Of a DNA stretch of 64,000 nt, positions 40,961 through 54,244 are shown in pieces. The notes under the pieces were generated by a model. It was not told where the DNA came from. It did no database searches and saw only the letters and a list, made by a program, of their open reading frames with translations. Position numbers and translations under genes: made by a program. Position 1 is the stretch's first letter. Each line of letters begins with the position of its first letter. The DNA lies in NCBI RefSeq assembly GCF_006345805.1, contig NC_043000.1:121148001-121212000 (forward strand), read 5' to 3'. The stretch comes from Octopus sinensis (taxonomy: Eukaryota).

Positions 40961-41306
40961 TTTCCCTGGTCATAAATAAGTAATTATGTGGTGTGATTTT
41001 CGGATTTATTCAGCATCACTTGGTATCTAGAAATGTGGCTATATTTATTTAAAGAAATTTAATTGCGATATTTACAGTGATTATATTGCCTAAAATTACC
41101 AAAAAGAATAAAAAATGTGAAAAGAGAATAACATTAACTCACAATATGACGTACGAGACAAAATGTCTTTATTATCTTCGAAGTGGGTCGAATGGAAATT
41201 TTGTGGTTGTGTAGAGAAAGTCTTAACTACTTAAATTCTTAAATATAATGACGTATGTGTGTATACATGTATGTATAATGCATGTGTGTGTTAAGCATGT
41301 AGATAC

Positions 41307-41350
<44 letters not shown>

Positions 41351-41394
41351 TATATATATGTATATATGCGTGTGTGTGTCTATGGAAGTGTCTT

Positions 41395-41431
<37 letters not shown>

Positions 41432-41693
41432 AAAATGTCAAGATAGAAAATGCTAAAATAATTTTATAAGAATCATATCAGTACCGTTTTCAGTCATTGA
41501 GACTTTTTCAACTGTAAGTATGGAAAACAATTAAATTTTGGTAAAATTAAAAGAAAAGTATTTTAAAATGAATATTTGCAGAGTCTTCAAATGCAAGCGG
41601 CATTTTCCTTGTTTCTCCCTCTCTTTGTTTCTCTTGTATACTCTTGGGGGTTCGAGATCATGTATATATTATTATTATTATTATTATTAGTAT

Positions 41694-41734
<41 letters not shown>

Positions 41735-41735
41735 T

Positions 41736-41768
<33 letters not shown>

Positions 41769-42559
41769 CGTGCGTGTGTATTTATTAAATAAAATGATAT
41801 AACAAAGCCAAGGCTGCGTGGAATTTTCAGGACATTTATAAAGAAAAAGTTAAAGCTATTTCTTTTGTATTAAAATAATCCTCTAATTTGAAACGCCCTC
41901 TCTAACATTGCTGGATACTTTCTGAATATATGTTCCTCCATGAGCATAAATGTATCATCCCATTTGGTAAAAGTATTTTACAATTAATTTAATAGTGTAT
42001 TAGTGCTTTTGTAGCATGTTCCTTGAAACAAGATCTCACAGTTCTCATGTCCATTACCTAAATCCATGGCCAATGTCTCGTAATAAGTTTCAGTTTCATG
42101 TAAAAACTTCTACCTTACAAATATTCCTGCTATTCCCAAAATTATATTAGGCTTATTGAGAATTTCCTTAAAGAATGCTATTCCCACAAATCATGGAATT
42201 AAGAATCACAAAACGACGATAAGACACAATTTTATCAAAATGTATCTGCAATAAAAAGGTCAATAATTTTAAGATGCTTCGTTTGTCATCGAATATGCAT
42301 TCCCATGTACATAAGTCATAAAAGAAACAATTGAAGCCTTACAGAAAATCTATTTATCCCCTTACAGAAACTCGGCACAAGAAATGAGAATTTATGAATC
42401 CAATAGACGCCATGGCACCGATTAACTAAGGAAATCGGTATTAATTATTTTCGCTGATATGCAAATAAAAAGAAAACACCTCGCGAGGGAGTTTTAAATA
42501 CGTGCTTCAAGAAAAGTAGTCTCAGTTGTACCAGTTTCAAAACTATATCGTTGTCTTTT

Positions 42560-43800
42560 ACATTTTTAACTTGTTTCTTTCGCTAGACTGAGGCCATGCA
42601 GTGGTACCGTTGTGAAGAATTTGGGGACTTATTTTTAAAGCTTGGTGCTTATTCCATATGTCTCTTTTCACCGAATCGCTAAGTTATAGTGACGCAAGCA
42701 CATCAACACCGGTTGTCAAGCTGATGTTGATGTGGTGATGTGTCGAGCCGGTGTTGATGTGTCAGCATAAGTGGGAGACAGACACTGATACGGCGGCACG
42801 CACGCACACGCTACACACACGCACCCCACCACACATACACACACACACACGCACACGTATACATACAACGTGCATCTTTCAGTTTAATATTTCTTTACTT
42901 TCCACAAGGGGCTAAACATAGAGGGAACAAACAAAGACAGACAAACCGATTAAGTCGATTACATCGACCCAGTGCGTAACTGGTACTTCTTTATCGACCC
43001 CGAAAGGGTGAAAGGCAAAGTCGACCTCGGCGGAATTTGAACTCAGAACGTAAAGGCAGACGAAATACCACTAAGCATTTCACCGGCGTGCTACCGTCTC
43101 TGCCAGCTCACCACCTTTTACAACGTGCACCTTTCAGTTTCTGTCTACTACATCCACGGTCTGAAGTGACACGCAATAATATTAAACTCGGAATCTTGTG
43201 GTTGGGAAGCAACCACAAACTATCAGCTTCTTATTTCTTTATTGCCGACTAGGGGCTAAAGATAGAGGGGACAAACAAGGACACACACAGGTATTAAATC
43301 GATTACATCGACACCAGTGCGTAACTGGTACTTAATTTATCGATCTCGAAAGGATGAAAGGCAAAGTCGACCTCGGCAGAATTTGAAATCAGAACGTAAA
43401 GATAGAGGAAATACCTCTTTCTTTACTACCCGCAAGGGGCTAAACACAGACAGAACAAACAAGCACAGACAAAGGGATTAAGTCGATTACATCGACCCCA
43501 GTGCGTAACTGGTCCTTAATTTATCGAACCCGAAAGGATGAAAGGCAAAGTCGACCTCGGCGAAATTTGAACTCAGAACGTAACAGCAGACGAAATAGCA
43601 CTAAGCATTTCACCAGCATGGTAACGTTTCTGCCAGCTCGCCACCTTTTACAACGTGCGTCTTTCAGTTTCTGTCTACTACATTCACGGCCCGAGGTGAC
43701 AGGCAATAGGATTAAACTAAGAATCTTGTGGTTGGGAAGCAACCACAAACTATCAGCTTCTTACCACACTGCATCAGTTTCTTGCCACACAGCATCGGCT
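42560..43800 (-). mobile_element. Old SINE B carrying nested SINE A copies, partly tandem-duplicated
   Basis: A units at about 42887-43094 and 43232-43643. The block acaacgtgc..tttcagttt occurs at about 42866, 43100 and 43650. Confidence 0.8.
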
Positions 43801-44658
43801 GTCCCTAGACATTCTGTTTCTCTTTTCCTGTCTGAAACGTAATGTATATTAATTTTCATTTATATATATATAAACATATTTAGAATATCTGAGCAGATGC
43901 TACGTTAGAAACGGAATTTGAGCTGTGTATAATATGTATGTTTGTCTATAGGTCTATATATATCGTTTTGTCTCTCCGTTTAATAAAAAAAGGCAGATAA
44001 TTTAGAAACGAATTTTTTGATATTTAAGATTGTTTGTGTATAATCCGAACTTTATTGCATGAGTTCGTTTTTGATGGCATTATACTGACTAATAAATTTA
44101 TCAAAAGTGACTGAACACGAAATAATAGTTAAATATGCTTTACGCAATTACTATCACAAAGTGGTAACACTATATCGGCTCTGCTCTGCAAATCCATTTA
44201 ACTCAGACAAACGTCATTGATGATAATGAAATAAAGCTAAGGTTACGCATAAAACGAATGTTTGATTTGAACATCAAGGCTATAAACAGAAAACAGGTGA
44301 CTAGTGTATTGTACATATGAGAAATCAATGCTCTGCAAAGTTCCTCTGTAAAATGTACCTATACACCTGTACGTTCTAATGGTTTGTAGGTACGTAGTGT
44401 TTTGTTATGCAACCATAATATACTATGAAGAATATTGAACGTTTCTATAAGTCAACACAGCGATTTACTGCTTAAGCAGTGTGCTACACGTTACTTGTTA
44501 TCTCTACAGATATTTTATAGAAATCATAGCCAGCGCTGAGTTTTGTTACGACGTTTCGCATCCGAGATGTCAGACGTAAACAAATAATGTGATCAAAGGT
44601 GAAAAAAAAAATGGTAATGGACGTATATGCCATCTGTGATTACATATACAGACGCTAT

Positions 44659-45040
44659 ATCACCTTGATCGCCTTGACCGACCAGTCCGTCAGGCGTCCA
44701 TTTGACACCGCTGGTCACAGTACGCTGTCCACTCCTCTCTGGATCGTTCCTTTCTAATCCACGTGATCCTAGTCGCCCCTCCTGAAATCGTAACTCCACC
44801 GTCGTGGAGGCCTTCCGAGTGGTCGTTCCGCACGCGCGAGTACCAATCGACAACTGCATATGTCTCTTTTCACCGAATCGCTAAGTTACAGTGACGCAAG
44901 CACATCAACATCGGGCGACGTGTCCAGCCCATATAAACTAGCTGCGTGTATATTCTACGATGACATCCCTCACGCCGGACTTCTCTCTGATGACCTCGCT
45001 ACTGAGGTGCTCAGTCAATGAGATTCCAAGCATTGACCTC
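44659..45040 (-). mobile_element. 3' end of an RTE-clade LINE with a (caaggtgat)-type tail
   Basis: MLGISLTEHLSSEVIREKSGVRDVIV..FIWAGHVAR / AVVDWYSR..RPLGRPPRRW..TWIRK..REEW..CDQR. Confidence 0.8.
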
Positions 45041-45062
45041 ACGAAGTATACATATACACACG

Positions 45063-45102
<40 letters not shown>

Positions 45103-47659
45103 CATATATATGTTTGTGTGTCCGTCAGTGTATCAAAGTAAATGCGTATACGTAACTGTATGATGTAGCGTTACATACAAGTGAATCTGCATTAACGAAC
45201 ACGTGATAAAGTGTGAATGACTGAGCAACAGGTTTGAAGACATGCAAATGGGTCTGCAATGATGTACGAATGCACATGAAACGAACACACACATGAGCTC
45301 TCAACTCGAATGTTTCTACGTGTTCGCAAAGTAAATGGGCCTAGTTGTAAATTGACTTAAAATACTATATAATTCGTTATAATTGGATAAAGGAAATTAT
45401 GGTCTCATGGTTTTCTTGTTCTCATGGAGGAAGTTTCTGTTATATATGCCTCTATCTGGGTCGCTGGTAAAAATATTTCGCTGGCTGCTTTTCATCATTT
45501 CATTACAAAGTGGCCGATAAAAACGCCATAGCTGGTATGTTGTCAGATTTGCCGCAACTATCGCTATGGCCGACAGCTATTGATAGCAATCATAGAGATA
45601 CGGTTATATAATATTAGCTGTTAACGCTACATTGATTCTTTTAGAAAGTGATGACGTATAAGCACTGTTCCTTACTGTGTTTATAGACGTTCCTAACTGT
45701 TATTGACAAACCTTTCGCATCATGGTGTTGATTAGAATGCGCAGTCGTAAAATGGTACTCGTATAATGAGATGCAATTCAGCTTTTGAAAGAAACCTTGC
45801 TTTCCTAAAATAATTATCAAATGCTCAAAATACATCTTTCATTTCAGAAACTCCGTTACTTATATTTTTAAACATATTTCCTCTCCTTTAGATATTTTGT
45901 GCAAGAGGAACAGAAAGTAAAAGAAAGAAATAGAAATAAAAGGAAAACATACAATGATGGAATAACCATTATTTCATAGCATTACCTTCCCTTCTATATA
46001 ATAATGTACGTTCGCTCACTCAGACTATAAAGTATCCAGGTCAAATTTTAAAATTATTTAGGGTTTTGACATTATTAACCATTTTAATATTATAAAGCAA
46101 CGTACGTCACTGAGCTGGCAGAATAGTTTGCACGCCGGCCAAACTCATTCGCAGTATTTCGGCCGTCTTTATGTACTGCCGATGTCGACTTTGCCTTTCA
46201 TTCTTTTGAGGTCGACAAAATAAGTACCAGCTGAGCACTGGGGTCGATGTAACAGACTTGCACTCTCCAACATAACACTGGATAGTGAACATATAGTGTT
46301 TTGAGTTCTTAGTAAAATACGTAAATGGCTACTATAAAGTTGTACAAATTGTCATATTTCTACATATTAATAAATACCTCTACAAAGTTGCCGTATAATT
46401 ACTAAATGTTTTTTCGTTGTAATAAAGATAGAAGACATTTCTCCATATTTTCCTTGTAATTCAGCATTCTATTCATTTGAAGGCAGCAATTCAAGGACAA
46501 TTCCATTATAAAACGTATTACCTGTACCAGCTAAATAATGTAACAGAGACAATAAAACATCTCTTTTCAGAATAGAATGGCATTTTGTCATATCCTTTCA
46601 ATATCCAATACAATGATCCATCATTAAAATTGTTTTCATGTTCCATCTTGACACATTTGTAACTAAATATGCTTTTGATTGATTTTCCGCAAATGTGATA
46701 CCATAATTTTTATATTAAATTTCTGTGCATTACAACCACTCTGTAATTTCACTTGTCTATCTCTCTCATCAAATCATTTTTTTTCTGTTTTTTTTTTTTT
46801 GTAAGTTTAATTTATAGTGAGTGGTAGCGATTTTATTTCACAAATGTAAGAGGAATCATTGAAATTCCTCTCTGAAAGACAGAAAGAAAGCAAATCATTT
46901 TAGCGATAATTGTTATCATCTTGCAAACGAGAAATAATCTTTTAGAATTAATTTACATGCTATGGGGAAATTGAAATCATTATTTGCCAGTAAGGACAAC
47001 CGTGGACACGTTTCTCTCTCATGTGAACTCAACATTTTATTCTAGTGTGCAAAAACCTGCTTTGTTCAATTGTAATATTTTAAATACAAACGAAAATTAA
47101 TTTACAAGGATGATTTTCCTGTACAATTTGTATACTAAAAAGATTGGATGAGATAATAGAAATAACTCAAATACACCGATGGAATCATTTGCGTTATATA
47201 TTTTAAGGAGGGATGTGCTGACTGCGTATGTATACAAACAACTGAAATGAAAATTCTGTTTAGTAAATGCATAAAATAAATAACTTGCGGTAATTATTAC
47301 CAATTACATACATGCCCTGGAAGTTAAATATTTGTTTGAGAGCTGTATCGAATAGTTTACAGAAGGACAAAATTAGGCTTCTTCGATTGGAAGCCATGTT
47401 CTGAAATATGTCAAATTACCCCGAGATCATCCGTAAAGAACATTCCAATTAGGCAGTTCGGCGTAGGATATTGAAGTAGATTCTGGATGACTGTTATGAT
47501 TTTGTAGCAGTTGCTAGGCAGCTGAAGGATACTGGCACATCAGATAAGATGAATCATTCTTGCTTTCGTTGATGCAGTCCTCTGAATTTAAAAATTCCAA
47601 TTAAAATAAATACACTGAACCGGAAAAGAAACGCGATTTTTTCAAATGTCATTTTTATA

Positions 47660-48058
47660 TTCTTTATTTGTTTCAGTCATTTGATTGCGGGCATGCTGGA
47701 GCACCGCTTTTAGTGGAACAAATTGGCCCCATGAATTACTCTTTGTAGACATAGTACTTATTTTATCGGTCTTTTTCGCCGAACCACTAAGTTACGGTGA
47801 CGTAAACACACCAGCATCAGTTGTGAAGGCGATGTTGGGGGGACCAAATACAGACACAAACACATACACACACCCATACACACACATATATATACGACGG
47901 GCTTCTTTCAGTTTCTGTCTACCAAATCCACTCTGAAGCCTTTGGTCGGTCTTAGGCTATAGTAGAAGACATTTGCCCAAGGTGCCACGCAGGAGGACTG
48001 AACCCGGAACCATGTAGTTGGTAAGCAAGCTACTTACCACACAGTCACTCCTGCGCCT
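47660..48058 (-). mobile_element. SINE type B, near full length
   Basis: tttcagtcatttgattgcgggcatgctggagcacc...caagctacttaccacacagtcactcctgcgcc. Confidence 0.85.
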
Positions 48059-48085
48059 ACCTATATATATATATATATACATATA

Positions 48086-48117
<32 letters not shown>

Positions 48118-48139
48118 GAGAGATAATCAATCCAAACAA

Positions 48140-48305
48140 GCACAAACAAGAAAAAACAACAACGTGATGTGGAACAAGTACAGTGTTTTTGGACGCTCAG
48201 GAAAGAAAAGAAAAGAAAGAGGTTTTCGCGTTTGGAGCCGGGCTCGTCATCAGATATATAGGAAAATTCCAAAGAAGGGAAAACGGAGAAAGAAAATCGC
48301 CAAAT
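48140..48305 (-). mobile_element. Penelope/retrozyme-like repeat (H1-related) with a hammerhead-like motif
   Basis: Minus strand reads CUGAUGA-C-GAGC-CCG-GCUC-CAAA-CG. Shares acgctcaggaa with 18014. Confidence 0.55.
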
Positions 48306-48544
48306 ATACACACACAAGGGCATCTTTATATGAATAGACAACCTGTTTCTACTTAGATTATGTTTGCCATATTCACCCACAATACATTAGTCGGCCTAGG
48401 ACAGAAGTGGAAAACACTTGTTCAAAGGGCCACACATGTGGTTGCAAAGCGAGCTTCTTCATGAAGGATGCTGGTATCTTGTCTTAATTTCTATTAAAAA
48501 CATGCAATATTTCTGCTATTCCCAGAGTGATTCACACCAAATTT

Positions 48545-49477
48545 GTAACGACGGATATGTGACGGTTCCTTATATATTTTCACATCTTACAATCAATGCT
48601 GCTGAATATGTTGAGGTGGTGATGACAGCTGTTAACCCCTGCCCAGAGGAAGTGCGCAGTGGAACGCTATGCGTGTTTCAACATGACTCAACATCCCACA
48701 AAAGTCACGTTACTCAATATGGATGTCAGACAATCTTTACAATCATATAATACCAAACTTATGGCCTCCAGCCCCGAAAGACCTAAACCCCTTGAACGAA
48801 AGGTTTTGGAGTATTGTTGATATTAGAGACAAATCGACATCTCCACAATACAATTGCTTCATTGTCCAGTTCATGTTCGAAATGTATGAGGATCATGTAA
48901 TGAAGCTAAGTCAAAGGTTTCGATCCTGCAATGAGACAGCCATTGAAGCAGGAGGTAAATCTATAGAGTAATCACCTAACAAAACGTATCAAGAATATTT
49001 AATCATATTTATGAAAATTCCTGGATCTTTTCGGTTTGAACGTATACTGGTGGAATGTGTTTATAAAACATCATTTTCTCTTGGCTTTGTTGAGAAAATT
49101 CTATAGTTTGTAAGCTCTTTGTTGTTGTTTTTCTTCAATTTCTGCAATTTCAACCAATCACTGACGTCTGTTGAGATAAAAACATTCTGTGCAGTATGAA
49201 TATGTCCCTCGTTTAAGAAACAGATTGTTTTTTTTTTACATTTGTGAAGAAAAAAAGATAGCCTTCCCCCACTCCTAACCCTAACTACCCCTAACCCTAA
49301 AACAGATAGAAATGCAATAGATCGATACTAAGGTCGTGGGTGACAATTTCATATGACACTGCTAAAACAAAAAACTGCCGTTCAAACCGAAAAGATCCAA
49401 ATTTCTTTGGTTTTTGCTAGATTAGAGTTGTTTATTTAATTATCAAATATATCCTCAAATATCCCTCGCACTCTCTA
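48545..49477 (+). mobile_element. 3' remnant of a maT/DD37D-like transposase with 3' UTR and putative TIR
   Basis: NDGYVTVPYIF..INAAEYVEV..CVFQHDSTSHKS..TQ / NLYNHIIPNLWPPAPKDLNPLN..FW..RFRS..IEAGGKSIE*. TIR-like end ccctcgcactctcTA. Confidence 0.75.
49023..49398 (-). mobile_element. MITE with GGATCTTTTCGGTTTGAACG TIRs, an 8-bp TSD and internal CCCTAA repeats (Merlin-like)
   Basis: TIR at both ends. Flanks aaattcct and aaatttct. Reverse-complement homologue at 62096-62517. Confidence 0.8.
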
Positions 49478-49952
49478 TTTAATTAAATATAATTATTAAA
49501 GTGTGTTTCTTTACTTAATTTGCATAATTATTTGTCACTGGCATATGGGGATAAACAATTTATTCAAAATACGTTTATTAATGATTCTATATAATGCCGG
49601 TTTAATTAAGAAGAGGACTGTTTCGTTTGCAATTATTAAAGCTTAATACTTAATTAATTTTTTGTTAACTCATGCCAGTTAAATAATTACTATAAGACAC
49701 ACACGGTGCATAAATCACTTCCAGCGTATATATGCCTTCATTTACTTTCATTTTTCCGGATTTTAAATATTTTATCCGTTTATCTCGCTTTGACTTAGTT
49801 ATACATTATTTGAAGGTGATTTCATTTCATGTATAGCATTAACGGTCCCAGTTTTCTTTCATGTCATACTCTGTCTCTTTTCTTTCTCTCTCTGTCTCTC
49901 CCCCTCTCTCTCTTTCTCTCACCCAGTTAGATGTCCAGAAAATTAGTTGTCC

Positions 49953-50160
49953 TGTTTGTCTGTCCTTGTTTGTCCTCTCTGTGTTTAGCCCCTTGTGGGT
50001 AGTAAAGAAATAGGTATTTCGTCTGCCGCTACGTTCTGAGTTCAAATTCCGCCGAGGTCGACTTTGCCTTTCATCCTTACAGGGTCGATAAATAAAGTAC
50101 CAGTACACACTGCTGTCGATGTAATCGACTTAATCCCTTTGTCTGTCCTTGTTTGTCCCA
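49953..50160 (+). mobile_element. SINE type A, headless multimer fragment
   Basis: Tail gtaaagaaata joined to ggtatttcgtctgccgctacg. Confidence 0.85.
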
Positions 50161-50819
50161 CGAATAAGTATCCTGAGTCGATATATAGCAGTAAAGGAAT
50201 GAGATTCTTTTGTTTTTTGAAAAGTAACGGAGAAGCATTCATACGTAAATACATGCAGTGTTGTACTACAACGTCTAAGTTCCTTTGTTTATGCCTCTTT
50301 GTCCTTACTTCCTTTTCCATACTTCCATACTCCAAACGGCTGGCGACATCCTACTTAACCTCGTCAAAGTTCGTCTGTTGTTATTGAACAATCTCATGAA
50401 GAATGATGAACATTCCACTAAAAAACAAAATTAGTAAGTTGTCCACATCAGCATTTGTAACCGACATAAATCGTGGTTGTAGTGACAAGAGACAACAATT
50501 ACGATTCATTTTACTTTTGTTTGGAAATCGAAGCCGTCCACTCCCGATTCGTGACGTGTCATCATAATTTCGAGAAGTATTAGAGTTATCATACCGATCT
50601 TCCTTTACTGTGAGTAGGTTTCTGCTTTAGTCAGTGAGAAAAGAATAAATTTTGCTGCGACGTGATTAATCTTTATCTCTTTCTTTACACTTATATGATG
50701 CCAAAATTAATACTTAGATACTTTTTTTTATGACCTCATAAAAAGGGAACCATTTTGCAGTATAATTACGTTTAACTTTCAGGATCATTTTCAAAAGAGA
50801 TATATTACTTGACACGCTG

Positions 50820-51338
50820 TCAATAAATACTTGCCATTACATTTTTAATCAACCAAATAGGAACTATTTTGTTGCACAGAGCGTCTCCATCTTTCCTTTA
50901 ACTTGAAAATACCCTCTTCCCAGAATTGAGGTAGTTTCATGGCAAAGAATTCATCAATGTATCTTTTTACGTCATCCAAGGAATTGAAATTTTTACTATT
51001 AAGACTATTCTGCAGAGACCTGAATAAGTGGAAATCCGAAGGAGCAATATCTGGTGAATATGGAGGGTGGGGTAACACATCCCAGCCGAGCTGCAGCAAT
51101 TTTTGTCTGGTTCCCAAAGCATCAAGTGCCGAAAATGAACTTTCTTATCTTCCATTTTAAAGGGTTACATAATTAACACAGGTTATAGGAACATAAACCT
51201 TCTTCCATGAAAAGATAGCTTAAACTGTGCTCTAAATGGAGGTGTAATCAAATCCTATTTTATGGACTCAACCATGTTCTAAAGTAAGTCGAAAGGTAAG
51301 CTACTATAAATCGGCAAGAACTTTCCGACAACCCAATA
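50820..51338 (-). mobile_element. Internally deleted mellifera-subfamily-like mariner
   Basis: TA+TTGGGTTGTCGGAAAGTTC TIR at 51338. MEDKKVHFRHLMLWE is fused to TRQKLLQLGWDVLPHPPYSPDIAPSDFHLFRSLQNSL..ERW..YLVD*. Confidence 0.9.
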
Positions 51339-51602
51339 TTTTCAAATTGACTTGTAGATGCATTAGAAAGGTTTCCGGAAGAGATTTTCCCATTTCAAAA
51401 CAGAATTTCACACCAAAGAGTTACATTCCGAAAACCTACGTTACTCAACTCGCGACACTTCGTAGTCGCTGTAGTCGCTCACTGAAGCATGAACCGATCG
51501 GCGACTAACTCATAACGTGTTATTGTTAGACAAAATGTATAAAGTTTTAATTACAGAACACATATGGCCACACACATATTTGTGGTTGTATGTATGTGTT
51601 AC

Positions 51603-51915
51603 GTGGAGGTGCAATGGCCCAGTGGTTAGGGCAGCAGACTCGCAGTCGTAGGATCGCAGTTTCGATTTCCAGACCGGGCGTTGTGAGTGTTTATTGAGGG
51701 AAAACACCTAAAGCTCCACAAGGCTCCGGTAGGGGTGGTGGCGATCCCTGCTGCACTCTTTCGCCACAACTTTCTCTCACTCTTTCTTCTGATGGCCTGC
51801 TCGCTTTGCCAGCGGGGTGGCGTCATTCGAAGGCTAAAACAATGCGGAGCGCATTGGGACCAGCGGTGTGTAGCAACATCTGATAGCCTGTCAGTCACGG
51901 TGATCACGGTGACGA
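51603..51915 (+). mobile_element. SINE type D (tRNA-like head, RTE-like 3' tail)
   Basis: tggcccagtggttaggg (A box), gtttcgatttcc (B box), tail gaccagcggtgt..ctga..gtcacggtgatcacggtga. Confidence 0.8.
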
Positions 51916-54244
51916 TGTATGTGTTACAGCGTGTTTATGTGTTTATACATGTTTCGTATTCCTTCTAAATGAGTATATAATAATATGGGACGCGTATGTT
52001 TTTCTATGTGCGTGTAGTGTGCATTATTAACCCAGGAACATATGCGCATATACAATTTCATATATATATATAGAGAGAGAGAGCATCTTGCAGGTTCAGT
52101 TATATAATATACACACATGTGACATTATTGTTGAGTGTTTGAGAATATGAAATTGTGAATACTTTTGCAGTGTATTAAATTATACACCCAATGCATTGAA
52201 CAGTCAAATTTCACTGCAGTTTTACTTCTCCAATTTCTTTGTACTATGGTTATAAAAATGCATCACATCCATTTCCTTGCAAGGAATGTAGCTGCTTCAT
52301 GTTATGCTTTCGATATTGTTTACAATCTTACATAGGAAATTAACATTATTGCAAAGTACAATAACCGTAAAATTAAGAGTTGTATTTTGTATCTTATCTT
52401 GAAAATACTTAACATAAAGCTTGATATATTTCAAAGTTTTTATTATCGCTGTAGTATTTATTATTTATGAAGAATATTGTGTAACAGTGCGATGCAGTAA
52501 AGAGAATCTCGAATATTCCGATGCGCTTTTGTTGTGGTAGATTCATTTGTGTCTAAATAAATTAAACAATTTTTTCTTTCGTAGAAATGCAGGAAAACTT
52601 ATGGCATAAAATTTCTCAGTTCATTTTCTTTGGTATTTTTATAGATATTCAGTGCTTTGAAAAATATCAATACAAAACAGTAACTTGTATGATATGGCTC
52701 ATAATATATCAAATATCTATACTTGTATCAATGCATATATATATAGACATATATATATATATTAACATATATATATACATACATATTTATATATATATAT
52801 ATATACATATTTACATACATATATACATACATATTTACATATATATACATATATATATATATACATACATACATATTTACACACATATATATATATATAT
52901 ATATACATACATATTTACATATATATATATATATATATATACACGGAGAGGGGAGAGAGAGAGAATGAGAGATACATGCATGTATATATGTCACCATGTA
53001 TGTACGTTATACATACATGTATATTCATATATAACATATATTATAGGATATAATACTATATATATGGGTAAAAATTGTTCTGCCAAACAAGAGTTGGCAA
53101 GAAGAAAGACAAGGATCTACTATATAATAGACAGCGGAAAATTGGACACACATACAAGAGATAAAATTGTTTATAAATTGTATTAACATAAGCGTAATCA
53201 TATATATATTTGGCATAGAAAAAATATAGACGCTTCAAAAAGTCTTTACATCTGTTTCAGAAAATCTCCGTGTGATTGATACATTAATCTTTATTACGCA
53301 AGCAAACATACAGTCTGATTGCTGATGCAATAATACTCATCAAATTCCTAAGAACACATATACTAGTTATATTATTGTAGTGTGGTGGCAACTTCTACTG
53401 AAGAGAAAAATCGACTCTTAGACACGTCCCGTTTCGACAGATTCATGTCTGTGTGCTAATACTGTTAATGTTGATAAGAAATTCTACCTTTTTAATGTGT
53501 ATTACAATACTAATAATGCCTGCTGCGCAATACAGATTAATACGAGAAGCATCCACTTTGTTTTTGAAACAGCTGTAAAGAGTGTCAAGAACCATATTTT
53601 CCTTCGTCAAATATCTGTATGCTTACGGTTATGTAACATGTTTTTATAATTGATTTAATACTATATGTAAGTGTTTGTCCTCCTGTTGTCTCAGTGAAAT
53701 GCTGTATGAAAATTATAAGGATTTACATAATGGCGTCCATTCCTTTACAGCTGCTGCCGCTATAGCGAGAGGGTAATATATACATATGTTAATTTGTATG
53801 TATGTGATTGCGTGTGTATCTGTGTTTTATTCTGGTGTTATTGTTGAAGATGTATTATCTAACAGGCCTCGCATGCCGTCAATTTATACAAACAATCTAT
53901 AATTGCAAACAGTAACAAGAATATGTATATGTGAAGCTTGTCCCTGTGGTTGCTAGCCGAAGATTCAGAGTATATTTCACAAGTCTCAGTAGGAAGCCAC
54001 GGATTTGGTGACAATTGTGATTTATTACTTTGTGAAATATTACAGAGATAAAAAAAACAAAAGTGTGGATTAAAGTCGGAACAAGTTTTATTTCATGAAC
54101 ATGATATAATGAAATAATAGATAGTTATATTCCATTGCTTTCCCGAATAAATTATTCAAATTTAGGAATCTAAATAAAACTGAAACAGTCTGAAGTATTT
54201 TCCTAAATATTATAATCAGGACTCAATAATCTCTCTTTAATCCT

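Noticed and set aside
41815-42110. Possible minus-strand mariner C-terminus (..LEDYF)
   Set aside because: Too degenerate to support without an alignment
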